Positions 30,769 to 39,518 of a stretch of DNA of 64,000 nt are shown one piece after another; position 1 is the first letter of the stretch, and every line of letters begins with the position of its first letter. The notes beneath the pieces were generated by a model that was not told the origin of the DNA, made no database searches, and was given only the letters and a program-made list of their open reading frames with translations. The stretch comes from Terriglobia bacterium. GTDB lineage: Bacteria > Acidobacteriota > Terriglobia > JAJPHL01 > JAPKYU01. The position numbers and the translations under genes are program-made. The stretch lies in assembly GCA_965206645.1 (NCBI GenBank), contig CBDBKE010000004.1, positions 1,696,001-1,760,000 of the forward strand. Reading direction: 5' to 3'.

Positions 30769-31428
30769 ATGCCTCGACAGTTCCTCTTGATCCTGCTGCT
30801 GTGCCTGGTGGGGCCGCTGTTCGGGAAGCAAGCCCTGAGCGACCGCGGGGTGTTCCGCATCTATTCTGACGGGAAGGAGATCGGCGTCGAGCGCTTCGAG
30901 ATCGCCACCACGGCCAAAGGCGTAAGGGCAACCGCCGAGCTGCAGATTCGCTTGGAAGGAGTCGGGCGCATGAAGGAGACCGCGACTCTGGTGCTGCGCA
31001 ACGGCATCGAGCCGATCAGCTACAAGCGTGTCCAGAAATCGCCCAAGCGCGGCTCCGCCATCCTCGCCTTCGGTCCGGAGAAGACCACCGCCCAATACAG
31101 GACGACCGAAGGCGGCTCGCAGCGCATGGAGTATTTCCTGCCTAAGAACGTGGTGATCCTGGACACGAATTTCTTCCACCACTATACCTTCCTAGTCCAC
31201 CAGTACGATTTCCTCAAGGGCGGCACCCAGCATATGGACGTGCTGGTGCCGCAGGAAACGGCCCCGGGCATGGTCAGAGTCGAGCACGAGGGAAATGATC
31301 AGTCGCTCCGCAAGCTTGTGGTGAAAACCGGCCAGGTCGAAATCCAGATCTGGGCGGACGCGAACGGGCGTTTGATGAAGCTGGTGGTGCCTGCGGCCAA
31401 GGTCGAAGTCCTCCGCGAGCAGAAGTAG
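30769..31428 (+). CDS. Exported beta-rich hypothetical protein
   Basis: Signal peptide MPRQFLLILLLCL; GKEIGVERFEI, ILDTNFFHHY, IWADANGRLMKLVVP. Confidence 0.75.
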   Translation: MPRQFLLILLLCLVGPLFGKQALSDRGVFRIYSDGKEIGVERFEIATTAKGVRATAELQIRLEGVGRMKETATLVLRNGIEPISYKRVQKSPKRGSAILAFGPEKTTAQYRTTEGGSQRMEYFLPKNVVILDTNFFHHYTFLVHQYDFLKGGTQHMDVLVPQETAPGMVRVEHEGNDQSLRKLVVKTGQVEIQIWADANGRLMKLVVPAAKVEVLREQK

Positions 31429-31448
31429 AACCAACCGATCCACTTCCC

Positions 31449-31751
31449 TGTCATCCCGAGCGCAGCGCCTGAGTGGAGGGATGGACTGCTGTTTCGGCGG
31501 GCACTGAATCCCATGCAGCGCCCGGCCTTGGGCCGGGCACATGGGCCTTTGCATAAGTAGGGTACTTAGGGCGTCATTGCCGTCTTGGCACGGCTTCAGC
31601 CGTGCCAAGAGAGCAAGCTCCATTAGGGCGGCTTTAGCCGCTGGAGGGGCCGCCAAAGTAGCTTTCCACGGGCCCATCGGCTCCCCGAGCCACCTCAGGG
31701 GCTAAAGCCCCTTAAACTGGGCCACTGGTCGGCACGGCTGAAGCCGTGCCC
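31449..31751. repeat. Cluster of REP-like palindromes between convergent genes
   Basis: TGTCATCCCGAGCGCAGCG...AGGGAT (31449); TCTTGGCACGGCTTCAGCCGTGCCAAGA (31583-610); GGCTTTAGCC / GGCTAAAGCC pair; GGCACGGCTGAAGCCGTGCC (31731-50). Confidence 0.75.
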
Positions 31752-31789
31752 TGACGGTGGGAGCATGTACCCAACTTATGCAAGACTCA

Positions 31790-32644
31790 CTAGCAGGCCT
31801 CGCCCGTAAGGGCTAACAGTCTGCGGTGCACTTCCTCGATGGTTTCGTCGAGCGGCGAGGTCCCGGCCGTCAGTCCGACCGTGTGGTGGTCCTGGAACCA
31901 GGCCGGGCGCAGCTCGGCCGCACTCTGGACCTGTAGGGTTCGGACGCCTCGGGCGCGCGCCGCTTCGGCTAACTCCCGAGTATTGCACGAATTCTTCCCG
32001 CCCACCACCACCAGGGCGTCCACAGCCGGCAACAGCCGCTCGAGCGCCTGCTGCCGCTCACGGGTGGGACGGCAGACGGTGTCCACGAACCGGATCTCGG
32101 TGGTGGGATTCTTGGCCTGCACCGCCCGCAGCACCGCGCGAAGCAGCGCATCAGGGGTGGTCGTCTGGCAGATCACCCCAAGCCGCTCGGCCGGGTAGCT
32201 ACGGACCTCGGCCGGCGATTCCACCACCTCGCAGCGACGAAGGTCCCCCACCAGCCCCCGCACTTCCACGTGCCCCCGTCGCCCGATCACCAGCACCAGG
32301 CAGCCTTCGGCATCCAGCCGCAGCGCAGCCTGGTGCGCCCGGCGCACGAGGGGACAGGTGGTGTCCAGCAGGCGGCGGTCGGTGGACTCGAGCCGCGCGC
32401 GCTCCGCGTTGCTGATGCCGTGCGCGGTGATCAGCACCACCGGCGTTTCCGGCACTGCCTGCTTCCGGCTGTGCTCGGTAAGCTGCCGAAAGCCGCGCTC
32501 CGCCAGCCTTCGGTTCACTTCCTGGTTGTGCACCAGCTCACCGTAGACGGTGACGTGGTGCGGTTCGGGGACTGCGGCGATGGATTCCAGCGCGTCGCGG
32601 ACCCCGAAACAGAGTCCCATGGCCTCGGCGCGGATGACTTGCAT
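31790..32644 (-). CDS. ispH: 4-hydroxy-3-methylbut-2-enyl diphosphate reductase
   Basis: GLCFGV, GELVHN, ITAHG, DTTCPLV, HVEV, QTT, TVCRPTRERQ, VGGKNSCNT, TAGTS. Confidence 0.93.
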   Translation of the reverse strand: MQVIRAEAMGLCFGVRDALESIAAVPEPHHVTVYGELVHNQEVNRRLAERGFRQLTEHSRKQAVPETPVVLITAHGISNAERARLESTDRRLLDTTCPLVRRAHQAALRLDAEGCLVLVIGRRGHVEVRGLVGDLRRCEVVESPAEVRSYPAERLGVICQTTTPDALLRAVLRAVQAKNPTTEIRFVDTVCRPTRERQQALERLLPAVDALVVVGGKNSCNTRELAEAARARGVRTLQVQSAAELRPAWFQDHHTVGLTAGTSPLDETIEEVHRRLLALTGEAC

Positions 32645-32686
32645 GGAGAACCTCCGTGTTGGGAACGTACTTTACACTATGTAGGC

Positions 32687-32701
32687 CTCTGTAATGCAAA
32701 G
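32687..32701. promoter_or_regulatory. Degenerate operator CTCTGT-N3-GCAAAG upstream of ispH
   Basis: Partial match to the perfect palindrome at 33766-33780. Confidence 0.45.
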
Positions 32702-32723
32702 TTGAATGCCACAAAAAAACGGC

Positions 32724-33152
32724 TCAGGCCGGCACCCAGCCGCTGGAGGCGGCCAACGCCTCTCCCTTCCGGGGCTTGCGGGAATGCTTCAGCAGCGCCC
32801 TGCGGGTAGCGGCCGCGTCCTGCACCACTTCTTCCAACACCGTCAGGTAAGCCAGGAACCGCTCACGGCCTTGTCGGGAGAGGCGGCAAAGTGTCTGCGG
32901 GCGCCGGTTCTCAAACCGCTTCCAGACCTCGACTAGGCCCGCCTCGTACAGCACCTGCAGGTGGCGGCTGAGGTTGCCGTCGGTGAGCGCGCAGAGTTCC
33001 TTCAGGTCAGAGAACAGCACGCCGTCCGGGCGAGTGGCCAGAGTGGTCAGAATTCCCAGGCGCGCGCGTTCGTGCAGCAGCCGGTCCAAGCCTTCGTAGG
33101 CAAAGCGTCCGCCGGTCGGTTGGGTTTCAGACTGCTTCCTCTTCCGAGCCAT
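32724..33152 (-). CDS. Winged-helix transcriptional regulator (ArsR/MarR-like, HTH_34 type)
   Basis: GLDRLLHERARLGIL, FSDLKELCALTDGNLSRHL..L.EAGLV, RRPQT, GRERF..Y. Confidence 0.88.
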   Translation of the reverse strand: MARKRKQSETQPTGGRFAYEGLDRLLHERARLGILTTLATRPDGVLFSDLKELCALTDGNLSRHLQVLYEAGLVEVWKRFENRRPQTLCRLSRQGRERFLAYLTVLEEVVQDAAATRRALLKHSRKPRKGEALAASSGWVPA

Positions 33153-33756
33153 TTCTCTCCAGATTCCAGTAGAGCACCATCGCGGCTGCCAACTGGCCGA
33201 CGCCGAAGGTTGCCCCCATAACCCACGGTGCCAGCGCCTCCCGTCCGGGCAAGTAGTGCAGGATCGCGGCCCCACACACTAAGTAGTACAGGCCCACCCA
33301 GCCGATGGTTCGCGGCAGGTGACGCCGAGAGGCAAATACGCCCAGGCTGACTAGCATCGCCCACAGGCCCGGCAACAAGGCCACCAAATCGGGGTGCCGC
33401 CAAGTCAGGATCCAGGTCAGCAACGCGCCGGTCGTCAGCGAGGGCAGCAGTTGCCCCACCACGATTCGCGTGGTGGGGCGCCGGTGGGCCGAGGCACAGT
33501 TCAGATAGCCATGCAACATTTGCGCGCCAACGCCGGCCGCGCACAGCACCGCGGCCCCCACCCACAGCATGACGTACCACACAGGCTGAACCACGGGGTC
33601 GCCGGCCAACGTCGGCTGCGCCAGCGCCGCCAGCAGCGCTACTACGCCGGTGGCCGCGGCAGGCACGGCTCGGTAGCCGCGGAAGGTTTCCGCAGTCACC
33701 AGGTGCCCGCGGATCGCGCTGATCTGCTCCAGTGCCTCGTGCAGTTCCGGCGGCAT
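33127..33756 (-). CDS. Multi-pass membrane protein co-transcribed with the regulator
   Basis: EALEQISAIRGHL..AETFRGY N-terminus and about six hydrophobic helices; 3' end overlaps the regulator start. Confidence 0.8.
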   Translation of the reverse strand: MPPELHEALEQISAIRGHLVTAETFRGYRAVPAAATGVVALLAALAQPTLAGDPVVQPVWYVMLWVGAAVLCAAGVGAQMLHGYLNCASAHRRPTTRIVVGQLLPSLTTGALLTWILTWRHPDLVALLPGLWAMLVSLGVFASRRHLPRTIGWVGLYYLVCGAAILHYLPGREALAPWVMGATFGVGQLAAAMVLYWNLERNGSEEEAV

Positions 33757-33765
33757 AGCTTTATG

Positions 33766-33780
33766 CTTTGCGTCGCAAAG
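33766..33780. promoter_or_regulatory. Palindromic operator CTTTGC-N3-GCAAAG
   Basis: Perfect 6-3-6 inverted repeat about 10 bp upstream of the membrane gene start, plus an extra CAAAGT half-site 10 bp further. Confidence 0.6.
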
Positions 33781-33897
33781 TATAACAAAGTATATGCAGG
33801 CTGCCTTCCGTATGCAAGCAGAAATTCTTGCCCGCCTGCGGGCAGGCCGCTGGGTTTTGCTATCATGAACGGGAGCGCGCCTGGGAGCCGCCGCCGC

Positions 33898-35298
33898 ATG
33901 AGTCCGGAAGTCGTTCTCATTTCGACCTACGAGCTGGGGCGCCAGCCCTTCGGGCTGGCTTCGCCCGCCGCCTGGCTGCGACAGGCCGGGGCTTCGGTCA
34001 CCTGCCTGGACCTTTCCCGGGAGAAGCTGCGGGAAGAGCCGGTGCGCTCGGCCAACCTGGTGGCGTTCTATGTCCCCATGCACACGGCGACTCGCATCGC
34101 GGCGCGGGCCGTGGAAACCGTCCGTCGCCTGAACCCGCGCGCGCACCTCTGCTTCTACGGTCTCTACGCGCCGCTCAATGAGCGCTACCTTCGTGGGCTG
34201 GGCGCGGAAACGATTCTGGGGGGCGAGTTCGAACAGGGTATGGTTCGGATCCTCGAGCAGTTGCCGGACGGAACCCATGCGCAGAAAGAGCGTCTAGTCT
34301 CGCTGGCGCGCCAAACTTTCCTCGTGCCGGACCGCAGCGGCCTGCCCGGGTTGTCCTCCTACGCGCAGCTAAGGGACGGCCAGGGGCGGCTGCGCACGGT
34401 CGGTTACACCGAGGCCACTCGCGGTTGCAAGCACCTGTGCCGCCACTGCCCCGTTGTTCCGGTCTACAACGGCGCCTTCCGGGTGGTGCAACGGGACGTG
34501 GTGCTGGAGGACATTCGCCGCCAGGTCGCGGCGGGCGCCGAACACATCACCTTCGGCGACCCCGATTTCCTAAACGGCGTCAGGCACTCGCTGGAAATTG
34601 TGCGAACTCTACACCGCGAGTTTCCCCGGCTCACCTACGATGTGACCACCAAGGTGGAGCACCTGCGGAAGCACGCCGCCGCGCTGCCGGTTCTGGCCGA
34701 AACCGGCTGCCAGTTTGTTACCAGCGCCGTCGAATCGGTGGACGACCGCGTATTGCAGCTGCTGGACAAGGGGCACACCCGCGCCGATTTGTACGACGTC
34801 GTGGCGCTATGCCGGCGCACAGGCCTGGTGCTGGCGCCGACCTTTGTCGCCTTTACGCCGTGGATCACGCTGCGAGGCTACTGCGACCTACTGGCGGTAC
34901 TGGACGAGCTGGAGCTGGTCGAGCAGGTGGCGCCCGTCCAGCTCGCCATCCGGCTGCTGATCCCCACCGGTTCACGGCTGCTGGAATTGGAGGAGGTGCG
35001 GCAGCTCGTCGCTGGCGGCTTCGATGAGGCCGCGTTGAGTTACCGCTGGAAGCATCCCGACCTGCGGGTGGACCGCATGTGTGATCAAGTCCAGCGGGCA
35101 GTCTGGCAGGCTGAAAAGCAGGGTCGCTCGCGGCGGGCAATTTTCTCCCAAGTCTGGGAGCTGGCGCATCAGGCGGCAGGCATTTCTACGCAGGCGCTGC
35201 AAGTTCCCGACCCCTACCAGCGCACTACCGTGCCCTACCTGAACGAGCCCTGGTATTGTTGAGCCGAACCCACCGAAGAGCAGTTTGCTCTTGTATGA
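33898..35298 (+). CDS. CUAEP-tail radical SAM selenoprotein (UGA-encoded Sec at 35260-35262)
   Basis: EATRGCKHLCRHCP CxxxCxxC, HITFGDPDF; read-through gives EPWYC-U-AEPTEEQFALV*; SECIS-like hairpin downstream. Confidence 0.88.
35276..35292 (+). promoter_or_regulatory. Putative bacterial SECIS element (apical stem-loop)
   Basis: AAGAGCA-GTT-TGCTCTT, a perfect 7-bp stem; the loop starts with GU 20 nt after the UGA. Confidence 0.7.
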
Positions 35299-35321
35299 AG
35301 CAAGCCTTGTATGAAGCAAGC
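35290..35321. repeat. 16-bp exact tandem duplication CTTGTATGAAGCAAGC x2
   Basis: Directly visible at the rSAM/ATP-grasp junction. Confidence 0.9.
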
Positions 35322-36624
35322 AATGACGCCCCGGCTCCTTCTTCTCGCCACCACCACCGGCTACCAGACGCAAGCGTTTGCCGAAGCGGCGCGTGGCCTG
35401 GGGTTGGAGGTGGTGTTAGGCACCGACCGCTGCCACGTGCTGGAAGACCCCTGGCAGGACGCTGCGCTGCCTCTGCGCTTTGAAGATCCTGCGCACGCGG
35501 CCGATGAGATTTGCCACTACGCCCGCGAGCATCCCATCCAGGCTATGACGGCGGTGGGCGACAAGCCCACAGTGACGGCTGCGGTAGCCTGCCGTTCACT
35601 GGGAATTACCTGGCACAGCCCCGAGGGGGCCGAAGCCTGCCACAACAAGTTCCTTGCCCGGCAGCGGTTCGAGGAAGCGGGGCTGAACGTGCCTGCCTAT
35701 GCCCGCTATTCCACTCGCGACGGGCCGCCTCCGACCGACGGCGGGAGCGTGTCTTGCGTCCCGTTCCCCTGCGTGCTGAAGCCGGTGTCGCTAGCCGCCA
35801 GCCGGGGCGTCATTCGCGCTGACAACCCGGAGCAATTCGCGGCCGCCTTCCACCGCATCGCCGCGCTGCTGGCTAGCCCCGAAATCCAGGTGAAGAAGGA
35901 GGCTGAGACCGAGCAGATTCTGGTGGAGGAGTTTGTTCCCGGGTCCGAATTTGCGGTGGAAGGGCTCATGTGGCGGGGCAGGCTGCGGGTTCTGGCCATC
36001 TTCGACAAGCCTGACCCGTTGGAAGGTCCCTACTTCGAAGAGACAATTTACGTGACGCCCTCGCGACTGCCTGTGAGCGAGCAGGCGGCCCTGACCGAGT
36101 GTTTGGAGCGTGCTGTGCGCGCTCTGGGGCTGTTCCACGGCCCCGTGCACGCCGAGTTCCGCTTGAATGACGGCGGCCCTTGGGTGTTGGATGTGGCTGC
36201 GCGGCCCATCGGCGGCCTTTGCTCGCGCGCCCTCCGCTTCGGTGCGGGTATGTCTCTGGAGGAGCTGGTCATTCTCAATGCCCTGGGCCGGCGCAATGCC
36301 CTGAGCCAGCGCAATGCCCGGGGCGAGTCGCTCGACGGGATTGCCCGGGAAAGTGCAGCGGCAGGGGTCATGATGATTCCCATCCCCGGCGCCGGGGTTT
36401 TCGAGGGAGTGGAAGGGGTGGAAGACGCCTTGCGGGTGCCAGGCGTCGAAGAGGTCCACGTTACCGCCAAGCTGCACCAGAAGCTGGTGCCTTGGCCGGA
36501 GGGCGCCAGCTATCCGGGCTTCCTGTTTGCCCGCGCTTCCTCCCCAGCGGCCGTGGAGGAGGCGTTGCGCGAAGCTCACCGGCGCCTGCGCTTCCGAATC
36601 TCGCCGATGCTCGCGGTTGTCTAA
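35311..36624 (+). CDS. ATP-grasp domain ligase
   Basis: CHNKFLARQRF, PCVLKPVSLAASRGVIR, ILVEEFVPGSEFAVEG, FDKPDPLEGPYFEETIYVTPS, GPVHAEFR; start 35311 or 35323. Confidence 0.9.
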   Translation: MKQAMTPRLLLLATTTGYQTQAFAEAARGLGLEVVLGTDRCHVLEDPWQDAALPLRFEDPAHAADEICHYAREHPIQAMTAVGDKPTVTAAVACRSLGITWHSPEGAEACHNKFLARQRFEEAGLNVPAYARYSTRDGPPPTDGGSVSCVPFPCVLKPVSLAASRGVIRADNPEQFAAAFHRIAALLASPEIQVKKEAETEQILVEEFVPGSEFAVEGLMWRGRLRVLAIFDKPDPLEGPYFEETIYVTPSRLPVSEQAALTECLERAVRALGLFHGPVHAEFRLNDGGPWVLDVAARPIGGLCSRALRFGAGMSLEELVILNALGRRNALSQRNARGESLDGIARESAAAGVMMIPIPGAGVFEGVEGVEDALRVPGVEEVHVTAKLHQKLVPWPEGASYPGFLFARASSPAAVEEALREAHRRLRFRISPMLAVV

Positions 36625-36635
36625 GCGCTGCTTTC

Positions 36636-36914
36636 TCAGCTCTTGGCCTGGGGTGGGACGTAACCGGGTGGGAGGGCGGCTCCTTCGCCAAAAAAGAATT
36701 GCTCCATCTGCCCCTCGATGAGCTTCTGCGCTTCCGGATCGGCCGGGAAGAGCCGGTATTCATTGATGACCATCTTCAGGTGTTCCAGCCACAGCTTCCA
36801 GGCGTCCTGCGAGATATTGTCGTAGACCCGCTGCCCCAGTTCGCCGCTCCAGGGCGGCGCGTCCAGCCCGGGGAGCTCTTTCTGAAACTTAACGCACTTT
36901 ACTTTGTGTGCCAT
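36636..36914 (-). CDS. yggX: Fe(II)-trafficking / oxidative damage protection protein (YggX family)
   Basis: [47 protein letters not shown]. Confidence 0.92.
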   Translation of the reverse strand: MAHKVKCVKFQKELPGLDAPPWSGELGQRVYDNISQDAWKLWLEHLKMVINEYRLFPADPEAQKLIEGQMEQFFFGEGAALPPGYVPPQAKS

Positions 36915-37090
36915 TGGCTGTGTGCCATTCGCTACGGCCTTTCCTGAGGGTTCCGGAAATCAGTATTTCCGTGGCGGCTCGGGGACCGGCCGCCCACTCC
37001 AAGCTAGCATAGATCGGGACCGGGCGCCACATCGTTCCCCCTTTGTCGTTTCGTTGTATTCGTTGTATTCTTGGTATTCAGGAGAGGAGG

Positions 37091-37426
37091 ATGAACGTGT
37101 CAGAACTGGCCGCAAAGACTTGCATACCGTGTCGCGGCGGAGTCCCGCCGCTCAAAGGGCCGGAACTAGAGGGGCTCAACCGGCAGGTCCCTGGCTGGAA
37201 TGTCGTTGAGGAGCACCACCTCGAGAAAACCTTCCGCTTCCCTGATTTCCGAAGAGCCCTGGAGTTTGTGAATCGGGTAGGAAACCTGGCCGAAGAGCAG
37301 GGGCATCACCCGGATATCTTTCTCGCCTGGGGAAAGGTGGGGGTCAAGATCTGGACGCACAAGATTGACGGGCTGACGGAAAGCGATTTCATTCTGGCCG
37401 CCAAGATTGACGCACTGAGCTCGTAA
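37091..37426 (+). CDS. Pterin-4-alpha-carbinolamine dehydratase
   Basis: CIPCRGG, FRFPDF, AEEQGHHPDI, WTHKIDGLTESDFILAAKID; strong GGAGG RBS. Confidence 0.93.
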   Translation: MNVSELAAKTCIPCRGGVPPLKGPELEGLNRQVPGWNVVEEHHLEKTFRFPDFRRALEFVNRVGNLAEEQGHHPDIFLAWGKVGVKIWTHKIDGLTESDFILAAKIDALSS

Positions 37427-37457
37427 GCGACCGGGGGCGGAGTAGGAGGCAACGAGC

Positions 37458-38171
37458 ATGAGCGACAGAAAAGAACTGGAGCTTCGCTTCTGTGAGTAGC
37501 TTGGCTTGACCAGGAGGCCGGTGGCAGTGAGCTTTCTCCCCGAGGAACCGACTCAGCTTCCCAGGTTCAGCGGGAGCGAGCCCTCCGGGTGCAGCTTCTG
37601 GCGCCTGGCTGCTGAGGGGCGCACCTTTCACACGGTTCCGGCGGACCACTACAACTGTGCGGTGGGCAGCTACACCCATAACGTCGAGCTTCCGCCGGAG
37701 CGCGCCCGGGAACTGGACGAGACGCTGGGGCTGATGACCTCGGTGGGCTACCTGAGCCTGGACGAGATTCCAAGGATTCCGCGTTTACCCCGGCCGCCGG
37801 CGGCGGTCCTCTATTCGCCGCTGGCCGACGCGCCTATGGCCCCGCAGGTGGTCCTGTTCGCCTGCCGGCCGGCGGCCGCCATGTTGCTCAGCGAGGCGGC
37901 GGCACGCGCCGGTGCGAACTCTTCGCTGCCGGCGCTGGGACGGCCCACGTGCATGGCCCTGCCTGCCGCGCTTTCCGCTGCCGGCGCCGTCACCAGTTTG
38001 GGTTGCATCGGGAACCGGGTATACACGGGGTTGAGCGAAGATGAGTTGTACGTGGTGATTCCCGGTCCCGCCCTGCCGGGTGTAGCCGAGGCCCTGGAAA
38101 CCATCGTCTCCGCCAACCGAAATCTTGCCGCCTATGCCGAGAATCGCCGCCGCGCGCTGGCCTCCGAATAA
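37458..38171 (+). pseudogene. DUF169-family protein with an in-frame TAG at codon 14 (37497-37499)
   Basis: AGGAGG RBS, then MSDRKELELRFCE*LGLTRRPVAVSF; SGCSFW, HYNCAVG, RPTC, SLGCIGNRVYT motifs. Confidence 0.75.
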
Positions 38172-38433
38172 GTCGTTGGGGAACGAGACGAGGGGGCTCC
38201 GCCCCCCGTCAGGGGCCGGCCAATGTCCATCACGTTCCTGGCGGCCACTCTTGAGCGCCAAGGGGCGTTCCTGCTATGATTCTTAGGAAGCTGGGAGAAA
38301 CGGCCGAGTCATGACGCAGGTCCTGGATTTCCGAAGTCTGAGGCCCCGCTGGTCGGGGCTTGATCCACGCCTGCCCGTTGCAGCCTTCGCCTTTCGCCTT
38401 CCCAACTCCAAAGCGAAAAGTTGAACCATTTCA

Positions 38434-38952
38434 ATGAGCGAGCTGCACATTCCTGTTCTGGTTCTCAATGCCACCTACGAGCCCATCAACGTCTGTGCCG
38501 CTCGCCGGGCCGTGGTGCTGATCCTGAAAGGGGTTGCCTCCGCTGAGGAGGAAAGCCGGGCTTACTTTCACTCCCCGTCGCGCAGGGTACGTGTGCCCTC
38601 CGTGATCCGTCTATTGGGATACCGGCGCATCCCTTTCCAGGGCCGGGCTCTGTCACGCAAGAACATCCTGATGCGGGACCGCAACACCTGCCAGTTCTGC
38701 GGCGGGGCCTTTCCGGCCTCGGAATTGACGCTGGACCACATTGTTCCGCGCTCGCGGGGCGGCGATTCCAGTTGGGAGAATCTGGTGGCCTGCTGCCATC
38801 CCTGCAACAACCAGAAAGGTGACCGCCTGCCGGAGGAAGCCGGCATGAGGCTCATCGGCCGACCACGCTCCTTCACCCTGCATACCAGCCGCCACCTGAT
38901 GCACCAGATGGGCAGGTCCGACGCCGCCTGGCGGAAGTACTTGTTCTTCTGA
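38434..38952 (+). CDS. HNH endonuclease (McrA-like, stand-alone)
   Basis: [63 protein letters not shown]. Confidence 0.92.
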   Translation: MSELHIPVLVLNATYEPINVCAARRAVVLILKGVASAEEESRAYFHSPSRRVRVPSVIRLLGYRRIPFQGRALSRKNILMRDRNTCQFCGGAFPASELTLDHIVPRSRGGDSSWENLVACCHPCNNQKGDRLPEEAGMRLIGRPRSFTLHTSRHLMHQMGRSDAAWRKYLFF

Positions 38953-38976
38953 GCCGCTTGGGCCGAGAAAACGCAG

Positions 38977-39486
38977 GTGCCGACCAAACCGATCCTGTTG
39001 CTTCTGGGGGCCTGGATGGGTGGCACGTTGCTGATCTGGCTGGTGGCTACGGTCAGCTTCCGCAACGTGGACCGCGTGCTCAGCCGACCGACGCCGGAGG
39101 CGGCGCCGACGCTGCTCTCCGTTCCGGAAGCCGCGCGACGCCCGGTCTTGCGGCACTTGGCTTCGGAGTTCAACCGCTGGTTGTTCCGGCTGTGGGGCGC
39201 TCTGCAACTAGTGTTGGGCGCGGCCGTGCTAGTGCTGTTGCTAAGACAAACGCCGCGCACTCCGGCCAACCTCACCCTCGCCGGCCTCCTGCTGGTGCTG
39301 GTGGTGGTGATGCTGGGCGTCATTACTCCGGCCATGAGCAACCTCGGACGCACCCTGGATTTTGTTCCACGCAGCCCGCCTCCCCCGCAAATGGCCGCTT
39401 TCGGCAAGCTCCATGCCGCTTATGGCTTCCTGGACCTGATCAAGCTGGTGCTGGCAGGCATCCTGGCCTGGCGTGTTGGGCGCTAA
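38977..39486 (+). CDS. DUF4149/TMEM205-like membrane protein
   Basis: LLGAWMGG, four hydrophobic helices, FGKLHAAY motif. Confidence 0.75.
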   Translation: MPTKPILLLLGAWMGGTLLIWLVATVSFRNVDRVLSRPTPEAAPTLLSVPEAARRPVLRHLASEFNRWLFRLWGALQLVLGAAVLVLLLRQTPRTPANLTLAGLLLVLVVVMLGVITPAMSNLGRTLDFVPRSPPPPQMAAFGKLHAAYGFLDLIKLVLAGILAWRVGR

Positions 39487-39518
39487 TACCGTGACTGGTC
39501 CTCGCTGAGCGACTCAGA

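Noticed and set aside
33394-33897. Long N-terminal extension of the radical SAM ORF and the reciprocal extension of 33127..34278
   Set aside because: Each overlaps a real divergent gene; the region 33757-33897 looks like a shared promoter
38311-38424. 37-codon ORF in frame with the HNH gene and ending in TGA
   Set aside because: The peptide looks non-conserved and the HNH family N-terminus begins at 38434; probably chance
38434-38952. HNH as IscB/Cas9-like or part of a defence system
   Set aside because: 172 aa, no RuvC motifs, and no adjacent array, methylase or recognisable ncRNA; it matches the common stand-alone HNH type
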